A stretch of DNA of 39,723 nt, from positions 1 to 39,723 of the forward strand of contig CAZGRT010000001.1 in assembly GCA_964528225.1 (NCBI GenBank), in the 5' to 3' direction. Below the pieces are notes generated by a model. That model saw only the letters and a program-made list of their open reading frames with translations. It ran no database searches and was not told the DNA's origin. Positions within the stretch are counted from its first letter, which is position 1. Every line of letters starts with the position of its first letter. Source of the stretch: an uncultured Thermodesulfobacteriota bacterium (lineage in GTDB: Bacteria; Desulfobacterota; Deferrisomatia; Deferrisomatales; JACRMM01). A program made the position numbers and the translations under genes. This document shows positions 33,682 through 39,723 of the stretch, piece after piece.

Positions 33682-34700
33682 GGTGCACCCACTTCCCGAC
33701 CCACCGCCCTCGCCACGGCGGCGAGCTCCGCCACGAGCCGGCTGAAGCGCTCGGGCTTGAGGCTCTGGTTGCCGTCGCACAGGGCGGCTTCGGGTGAGGC
33801 GTGCACCTCGATCATCAGGCCGTCGGCGCCCGCCGCGAGGGCCGCCTTCGCCAGGGGGGCCACCAGTTCGTAGCGCCCCGCCGCGTGGCTGGGGTCCACG
33901 ATCACCGGCAGGTGCGTCTGTCCCTTCAGCACCGGCACGGCGGAGAGGTCCAGGGTGCTCCGGGTGGCCGTCTCGAACGTCCGGATGCCCCTCTCGCAGA
34001 GGACGATGCGGCTGTTTCCCTGGGCGGCGACGTACTCCGCGCTCATCAGGCACTCGGTGAGGGTGGCGGACATCCCCCGCTTGATCAAGACCGGCTTCTC
34101 CAGGTTCCCCACCTCCTTGAGCAGGCGGAAGTTCTGCATGTTGCGGGCGCCGATCTGCACCACGTCCGCGTAGCGCGCGACGAGCAGCGTGTCCCGCGGG
34201 TCCATCAGCTCCGTCACCACCGGCAGGCCCGTCTGCTCCCGGGCCTCGGCCAGCAACTCCAGCCCCTTCTCGCCGAGCCCCTGGAAGGCGTAGGGGCTCG
34301 TGCGTGGCTTGTACGCCCCGCCGCGCAGCATCGTGGCGCCGGCCTCCTTGATCGCCTGCGCCGTCTCGAGCAGCGTCGTGCGGTTCTCGATCGAGCAGGG
34401 GCCGGCGATGATCTGCACCGCGGGCCCCCCCAGGCGCACGCCCCGGACCTCGACGACGCTGTCCTCCGCCCGGAACTCGCGGCTCACGAGCTTGTACGGC
34501 TTGAGGATGGGGATCACCCGCTCCACCCCCGGCATCGACTCCAGCGGCAGCTCCCGGAGGGCGTCCTCGTCGCCGATCGCTCCGAGGATGGTCCGCTTCT
34601 GCCCTTCGGACTCGTGGACCGACAGGCCGAGGGCGCGGAGCGTCTGGACGAGCTGCCGCCGGTCTTCCTCCCGGTGGTCGGGCCGCAGGACGATGATCAT
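33678..34700 (-). CDS. aroF: 3-deoxy-7-phosphoheptulonate (DAHP) synthase, type I-beta, with an N-terminal ACT/ferredoxin-like regulatory domain
   Basis: 340 aa. The ATG at 34700 has GGGGAGG upstream. The N-terminal ~75 aa (MIIVLRPDHREEDRRQLVQTLRALGLSVHESEG) form the regulatory domain. The core shows IAGPCSIE, LRGGAYKPRTSPY, GARNMQNF, KRG and VDPSH. Confidence 0.92.
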   Translation of the reverse strand: MIIVLRPDHREEDRRQLVQTLRALGLSVHESEGQKRTILGAIGDEDALRELPLESMPGVERVIPILKPYKLVSREFRAEDSVVEVRGVRLGGPAVQIIAGPCSIENRTTLLETAQAIKEAGATMLRGGAYKPRTSPYAFQGLGEKGLELLAEAREQTGLPVVTELMDPRDTLLVARYADVVQIGARNMQNFRLLKEVGNLEKPVLIKRGMSATLTECLMSAEYVAAQGNSRIVLCERGIRTFETATRSTLDLSAVPVLKGQTHLPVIVDPSHAAGRYELVAPLAKAALAAGADGLMIEVHASPEAALCDGNQSLKPERFSRLVAELAAVARAVGREVGAP

Positions 34701-35836
34701 CCGAGACCTCCCCGCACCGCGAGCACCCGGTCGAAGGCCTCCTCGAAAACGTCCAACTCCTCGGGCAGCCCCACCGTGACGCGGACCCACTCGGGCATGC
34801 CGAAGCTCCGCGCGGAGCGCACGATCACCCCGTGGTCGAGCAGGGCCTCGAACCAGCCGTCTCCGTCCCCCACCCGGGCCAGCACGAAGTTGGCCTCGCT
34901 GGGCACCGCCTCCGCCCCGCGGCCTGCGAGGAAGCGGGTCAGGCGGTCCCTTCCCAGCCGGTTCACCTCCCGGGAGCGGCTCACGTGCTCCTCGTCGCCC
35001 AAGGCGGCGGTCGCCGCGCCCTGGGCTGGCCCGTTGGCGTTGAAGGGCAGCCGGAGCCGGTTCATGAAGTCCACGAGGCGGCGCGGCGCGATCCCGTACC
35101 CGATCCGCAGCGCGGCCAGGCCGTAGGCCTTGGAGAAGGTCCTGGCGCAGACCAGCAGCCGGTCCTCGTCCAGGTACTCCCGCCCCACGGGGAAGTCCGG
35201 GGCCTCCGCGTACTCGGCGTAGGCCTCGTCGAGCAGGATGCCCACGTGGGGCGGCGTGTCGTCGAGAAACCGCTCCCACTCCCGGCGGCGGAAGATGGTG
35301 CCGGTGGGGTTGTTCGGGTTGCCCAGGATCACGAGCGCCGTGTCCCCGTCCACGGCACGGCGGATCCCCTCCAGGTCCACCGAGTGCTCCCGCAGCGGAA
35401 CCCGCCGCACCACTCCCCCCTGCGCGCGCGCCGTGATCTCGTACATGCCGAAGGAAGGGCTCGCCACCACCACGGCCCGGCCGGGGCGCACCAGGAGCCG
35501 GACGATCATCTCGATGACCTCCGACGAGCCGTTGCCGAGCACGAGGTTGTCCCGCGAAACGTTCCACCGACGCGCCAGGGCCTCCTTGAGCTCGAAGCCG
35601 TACCCGTCGGGGTAGCGGTTGAGGCGCCCGGCCTCCCGCTCCAGCGCGGCCAGGGCGGCCGGGCTCGGCCCCACGGGGTTCTCGTTGCTCGCCAGCTTGA
35701 CGATGCGCGCGAGCCCACGCTCCCGCCGGAGCTCGTCGATGGGCTTCCCGGGGACGTAAGGCTTGAGGTCCAGGATCTGCGGGCTCACGACCTGGCGGAA
35801 AAGGCCGCCGTGCCGGACGTCGGTCTGGGGATTCAT
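34697..35836 (-). CDS. hisC: Histidinol-phosphate/aromatic aminotransferase (HisC family)
   Basis: 379 aa starting at the ATG at 35836. Motifs are KLASNENPVGPSP, NPNNPTG, and TFSKAYGLAALRIGY with the PLP lysine. The stop overlaps the aroF start (ATGA). Confidence 0.88.
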   Translation of the reverse strand: MNPQTDVRHGGLFRQVVSPQILDLKPYVPGKPIDELRRERGLARIVKLASNENPVGPSPAALAALEREAGRLNRYPDGYGFELKEALARRWNVSRDNLVLGNGSSEVIEMIVRLLVRPGRAVVVASPSFGMYEITARAQGGVVRRVPLREHSVDLEGIRRAVDGDTALVILGNPNNPTGTIFRRREWERFLDDTPPHVGILLDEAYAEYAEAPDFPVGREYLDEDRLLVCARTFSKAYGLAALRIGYGIAPRRLVDFMNRLRLPFNANGPAQGAATAALGDEEHVSRSREVNRLGRDRLTRFLAGRGAEAVPSEANFVLARVGDGDGWFEALLDHGVIVRSARSFGMPEWVRVTVGLPEELDVFEEAFDRVLAVRGGLG

Positions 35837-36454
35837 GGGCTCCCGAGGCAGAGTGGGCGCGCCGGGCGTTGCCGGGCGGGCGAATTGCTTTCTATATCCC
35901 GAACCGCCCGCGGGAGTCCAGCCGCACGGCGCCTTCGCCGGGGCACACCGCCCGCCCCGCCCGCTCAACTTTCCGACCGGGGGGCGGACGAGGACCTCCG
36001 GCGGACCGTGTCGGGAGCCCGGGAAGCCCGGCGCGGACGGGAACGGCGCATGGGAGGGCGTGGTCATGACCGATGCCGGCGGCCCAAGCGAGCGTGTCAC
36101 AACTACTGGCGCGCCAATTGCGGCGAAACTGGGCACTGGCTGTTCCGTGCCTGCCTCGGGCCATCTGTGTCCAAGAACGCATTCGGGGAACGACCTGAGA
36201 TGTTGGATTGAAGCGGGAGAACGGCTACTGGGATGCCCCGGCAACGTCGACCACGAAGAAAGCCCTCCACCGCGGGTATGGTGCGAGCCGCGACGCAACA
36301 CACCGTGACCTCCTGTCGTCTCCGCCGTGGTTGACGTGGTCCGAATCCGCACCGGCGAGTGCAGGGAGACCGCCCCGTGGACTGCCGGATCTCTTCCCTC
36401 AACCCAGACGTTTCCGGCCTTCACAATTCCGAAGACCAAGCGGCGTCAATGCGA

Positions 36455-36492
36455 CATATATGTGGCAGTATTGTTCAGATGCTACACATATG
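36455..36492. promoter_or_regulatory. Imperfect inverted repeat (13-nt arms, 12-nt spacer) about 145 nt upstream of amt, a candidate operator or RNA hairpin
   Basis: CATATATGTGGCA (36455-36467) faces TGCTACACATATG (36480-36492). Eleven of 13 positions are Watson-Crick and one more is a G-T. Each arm contains a short ACATAT(AT)GT palindrome. This is the most AT-rich spot in the window. Confidence 0.45.
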
Positions 36493-36635
36493 TTTCTTTC
36501 CCGGGGCTGCGCGGCGCGGCGCTCGGCGGTTTTCGGGCCCTTTCGCGGTTCGCCTGCCTGGCACGGATCTTGATCAAGGGGGCGGCAGTGACGAACCCCG
36601 AAACCTCACTCGCACGGACAAGGAGATTCGTTCCC

Positions 36636-37979
36636 ATGACCAACTCACGCCCCATCGGCCGCTTGACGACGAAGAGTATCGCCGGGTGGATTCTTCCCAC
36701 CGCTGCCTTGGCCTTGCTGGCAACCAGCGCCTCCGCAGAAGAGGCTGCCACCAGCGCCGACACCGTGATGTACGGTCTGAACAACCTCTACCTGCTCGTC
36801 TCGGCCGCCCTGGTCTTCTGGATGCACGCCGGGTTCGCGTGTCTGGAGTCCGGCCTGGGCCAAGCCAAGAATACGGTGAACATCTTGGCCAAGAACGTGG
36901 CCGTGGTGGCCTTGTCCGGCATCTCGTACTTCATCGTCGGGTTCAACCTGATGTACCCGGGCGAGTTCAACGGTTTCCTCGGCTTTAGCGGCTTCGGAAT
37001 CGCGTCGGCTACCGATGCAGGGTACGCGGACGGCGGCTACACCCTGTTTACGGACTTCATCTTCCAGGCCGTGTTCGCCGCGACGGCGGCGACGATCATC
37101 TCGGGTGCCGTCGCCGAGCGGATCAAGTTTCACGCGTTCTTGATCGCCGCTATGTTGTTCGTCACCTTCGTATACCCAATCGCCGGATCCTGGAAGTGGG
37201 GCGGTGGCTTCCTCGACGCCATGGGCTTCTACGACTTCGCAGGGTCCACCCTAGTCCACTCCGTTGGCGGCTGGGCGGCTCTGACCGGCGCGATCTTCCT
37301 GGGTCCCCGGAAGGGGAAGTACACGTCGAGCGGCATCAAACCGATCGTCGGCCACAGCATTCCGTTGGCGGCGCTGGGCGTGTTCATCCTGTTCCTGGGG
37401 TGGTTCGGCTTCAACGGTGGGTCGGTCCTGGCAATGGACTCTGAAGCCGTGTCCCGGGTCTGGGTGACGACGTTCCTCGCCGGTTGCGCCGGCGGCGTGT
37501 CTGCCCTCGTGGTGGCCTGGGCCGTTCTGAAGAAGCCTGACATCACCATGATCCTCAACGGCATGCTGGCCGGGCTGGTGGGCATCACGGCCGGTGCCGA
37601 CGTGATCATGCCCTGGAACTCCATCCTGGTGGGTCTGATTGCGGGGGGGCTCGTCGTCTTGGCGGTGGTCTTCATTGATCAGAAGCTGAAGATCGACGAC
37701 CCGGTAGGGGCAGTCTCGGTCCACCTCGTTTGCGGCATCTGGGGCACCCTGGCCGTTGGTCTGTTCTCGGTGAACCCGGAACACAGCCTCATCAACCAAC
37801 TGATCGGTGTTGCCGCGATCGGCGCGTTCACCCTGGCGACGAGCTGCGTGATCTGGGTGGCCCTCAAGGCGACGATCGGCATCCGGGTATCGGAGGAGGA
37901 AGAAGTGAACGGCCTCGACGGGGAAGAACACGGCATGGAAGCCTACCCTGAGTTCAAGGCGACCACCGGGGTTCTCTGA
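36636..37979 (+). CDS. amt: Ammonium transporter (Amt family)
   Basis: 447 aa starting at the ATG at 36636, with AGGAG upstream. The signal peptide reads ...ALALLATSASAEEA. Motifs are FWMHAGFACLESG, DFAGSTLVHSVGGWAAL, GWFGFNGGS and AVSVHLVCGIWGTLAVG. Confidence 0.95.
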   Translation: MTNSRPIGRLTTKSIAGWILPTAALALLATSASAEEAATSADTVMYGLNNLYLLVSAALVFWMHAGFACLESGLGQAKNTVNILAKNVAVVALSGISYFIVGFNLMYPGEFNGFLGFSGFGIASATDAGYADGGYTLFTDFIFQAVFAATAATIISGAVAERIKFHAFLIAAMLFVTFVYPIAGSWKWGGGFLDAMGFYDFAGSTLVHSVGGWAALTGAIFLGPRKGKYTSSGIKPIVGHSIPLAALGVFILFLGWFGFNGGSVLAMDSEAVSRVWVTTFLAGCAGGVSALVVAWAVLKKPDITMILNGMLAGLVGITAGADVIMPWNSILVGLIAGGLVVLAVVFIDQKLKIDDPVGAVSVHLVCGIWGTLAVGLFSVNPEHSLINQLIGVAAIGAFTLATSCVIWVALKATIGIRVSEEEEVNGLDGEEHGMEAYPEFKATTGVL

Positions 37980-38112
37980 TCCCAGAATCGTGGCCGGCAC
38001 GCGCTAGAGAGGGCCGTCCCAGCCGGACGGACGCCGCCACCCGGAGACGCGTGGGATGCGGGGGGCGGTCGGCAGGATCGCCGGGCCCTGACGGGCGCTC
38101 CCTGCGCCGGGT

Positions 38113-39723
38113 TCAGGAATCCGCGGGAAACCCGACGCCCGCGGCTTCCAGCTGCTCCAGGACTCGATCCAGCTCGTCGGAAAGCTGGCTCACGAAGGGC
38201 GGGGCGGAGGCGAGGTCCGCGTGGCGGCCGCAGGTCTCCAGGCACTCGGCCAGCCGGGCCGCCTCCCGGGCCCGGAAGATCATGAGGGACCCGCGCAGCC
38301 GGTGGGCGGCGGCGGCGACGGCGGAGGCGTCCTGCGCCAGGACGCCCTCCCGGATCTTCGCGAACTGCTCCGGGGCGTCCGCGCGGAACCGGTCGAGGAT
38401 CGCGTGCACGGTCTTCCGGTTCCCGGCCAGCGACGCGAGGAGCGTATCCAGTTCCGCCGCCGGGGGCCCTCGGTAGCCCGTCCACTCGGAGACCTTCTCT
38501 CGGAGCACGTCCGGGGAGATCGGCTTGGTGAGGTAGTCGTCCATGCCGGCGTCCAGGCACCTCTGCCGGTCGCCCTCCAGGGCGTAGGCGGTGAGGCCCA
38601 CGATCGGCACCCGGCAACCCGCTTCCCGCAGGCGCCGGGTCGCTTCCAACCCGTCCATGTCCGGCATCTGGACGTCCATGAGGATCAGGTCGAACGATCC
38701 GCTCTCGACCGCCCCCAAGGCCGCCCGGCCCTCGGGCGCGCAGGAGACCTCGGCGCCCTGACGCCGGAGAAGCTCCTCCACCACGTGTCGGTTCACCGCG
38801 TTGTCCTCGACGACCAGCACGCGGAGGCTTTCGCCGGCGGGCTTCTTCGCCCCGGCCCCGGGCAGGCCGGAGGCGCCCCCCCTCCCCTCGGGCCCCAGGG
38901 TTGAACCGGCCGCAGCCGCCGCGGGCGCGGACCCGTCCCCCACCTGCAGTGCCACCTCCAGAAAGAAGGTGCTCCCCCGACCCACCTCGCTCTCCACCCA
39001 CAGGCGGCCGCCCATCTGCTCCGCGAGGCGCTTCGAGATGGACAGCCCGAGCCCCGTGCCCCCGGGGCGCGGCCCGGACGCGGCAGAGACCTGGGAGAAC
39101 ACCTCGAAGATCCTGTTTCGGTCGCCAGGTGCTATTCCGACGCCCGTGTCCCGCACCGAGAATCGGAGCCGCCGAGAGCCCTCGGGACCTCCGGCGGGCG
39201 CTGGCTCCACGCGGATGGCGACCTCCCCCCGGTCGGTGAACTTCACGGCGTTGCCCGCCAGGTTCAGGAGGATCTGCCGCAGCCTCCCCGGGTCTCCCCA
39301 CAGGACGGGCGGGATGTCCGGGTCCACCCAGGCACCGAGGCTCAGCCCCTTGGCCTCGGCCTCGACCTCCAGCACCTGCGCCACCTGCTCGACGAGCCGG
39401 AAGACGTCGAACTCCGCGCGGGAGAGCTCGATCCGGCCCGCCTCGACCTTCGAGAGGTCCAGCACGTCGTTGATGATCGTCAGCAGGGCCCCGGCCGAGC
39501 TCTTGATCATTCCGACGTAGCCGCGCTCCCGCCCCGCGATGCCGGAGCCGAGGAGAAGGTCCGCCATCCCCAGGATGCCGTTCATCGGCGTGCGGATCTC
39601 GTGGCTCATGTTGGCGAGGAACTCGCTCTTGGCCCGGGAGGCGGCCTCCGCCTCCTCCTTGGCGGCGGCCAGTTCCTCCTTCTGGCGCCGGTACGTCCGG
39701 GCGGCGTCGCGGCTCGACAGGAA
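38113..39723 (-). CDS. Hybrid sensor histidine kinase (HisKA, HATPase_c, REC, HPt). Partial: the N-terminus lies beyond the window end.
   Basis: The frame stays open to the window edge. The H-box is [13 protein letters not shown], the N/G boxes are [16 protein letters not shown] and [13 protein letters not shown], the REC segment is [12 protein letters not shown]...[13 protein letters not shown]...TKP, and the C-terminal HPt motif is AAAHRLRGS. Confidence 0.92.
   Translation of the reverse strand, partial: FLSSRDAARTYRRQKEELAAAKEEAEAASRAKSEFLANMSHEIRTPMNGILGMADLLLGSGIAGRERGYVGMIKSSAGALLTIINDVLDLSKVEAGRIELSRAEFDVFRLVEQVAQVLEVEAEAKGLSLGAWVDPDIPPVLWGDPGRLRQILLNLAGNAVKFTDRGEVAIRVEPAPAGGPEGSRRLRFSVRDTGVGIAPGDRNRIFEVFSQVSAASGPRPGGTGLGLSISKRLAEQMGGRLWVESEVGRGSTFFLEVALQVGDGSAPAAAAAGSTLGPEGRGGASGLPGAGAKKPAGESLRVLVVEDNAVNRHVVEELLRRQGAEVSCAPEGRAALGAVESGSFDLILMDVQMPDMDGLEATRRLREAGCRVPIVGLTAYALEGDRQRCLDAGMDDYLTKPISPDVLREKVSEWTGYRGPPAAELDTLLASLAGNRKTVHAILDRFRADAPEQFAKIREGVLAQDASAVAAAAHRLRGSLMIFRAREAARLAECLETCGRHADLASAPPFVSQLSDELDRVLEQLEAAGVGFPADS

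Noticed and set aside
36065-36307. An 80-codon plus-strand ORF (MTDAGGPSERVTTTGAPIAAKLGTGCSVPASGHLCPRTHSGNDLRCWIEAGERLLGCPGNVDHEESPPPRVWCEPRRNTP) with GGGAGGG 7 nt upstream.
   Set aside because: It has no recognisable motif or hydrophobic core pattern. It lies in a lower-GC non-coding-looking stretch. Its five Cys residues form no regular spacing. It is kept only as something Ribo-seq could test.
36462-36477. A sigma54 promoter upstream of amt (TGGCAG-tatt-gTTCA).
   Set aside because: The GG is present, but at the required 12-nt distance the -12 element reads TTCA instead of TTGC. The conserved GC dinucleotide is missing.

Overview
This is a high-GC bacterial chromosomal segment, roughly 70% GC by eye, with G/C in almost every third codon position of the real genes. 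That bias produces many long spurious antisense ORFs in the supplied track. I support 33 protein-coding genes and found no rRNA, tRNA, CRISPR array or intact mobile element.

Gene layout, left to right:
- A partial alaC-like aminotransferase (-), divergent from ftsH (+).
- A class III polyhydroxyalkanoate locus: phaR, a small coiled-coil gene, phaE and phaC (+).
- cspA (+), with a good sigma70-type promoter, a leader of about 250 nt and a textbook terminator.
- A roughly 690-nt stretch with no credible gene.
- A cytidylate-kinase-like gene (-).
- An 11-gene plus-strand block (8609-19717) in which almost every stop overlaps the next start. Order: cheD, HDOD, yjbQ, phoH, PBP1A, pabB, pabC, a DUF362 Fe-S protein, a HyuA-like ATPase and an HDAC-fold amidohydrolase.
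- A glycolytic minus-strand trio: pyk, gpmA, pgm.
- An accessory-looking patch: a small IagB-type lytic transglycosylase, 680 nt of non-coding DNA, and a 644-aa lipoprotein with IPT, YVTN beta-propeller and InlB-B-repeat modules.
- A long minus-strand block: hisC, DAHP synthase, tyrA, aroA, ftsY, an NhaD-like transporter, usp and cysK.
- A compositionally atypical patch of lower GC holding an ammonium transporter behind an 800-nt leader.
- A partial hybrid histidine kinase (-).

The most interesting items are:
- The uncharacterised DUF362 / HyuA-like / HDAC-fold trio, translationally coupled to pabBC.
- The non-coding region at 24345-25023. It holds tandem repeats that form an ECF/sigmaE-like promoter, a 24-nt pure pyrimidine (anti-SD-like) tract, and a 12-bp hairpin capped by a UUCG loop. 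Together these suggest a small RNA.
- A bipartite motif shared between that region and a second AT-richer intergenic stretch at about 7350.
- PhaE carrying a histone-H1-like Ala/Lys/Pro tail.
- The atypical amt patch with a 13-nt-arm inverted repeat.

All functional calls rest on motif recognition by eye. No database search was run.
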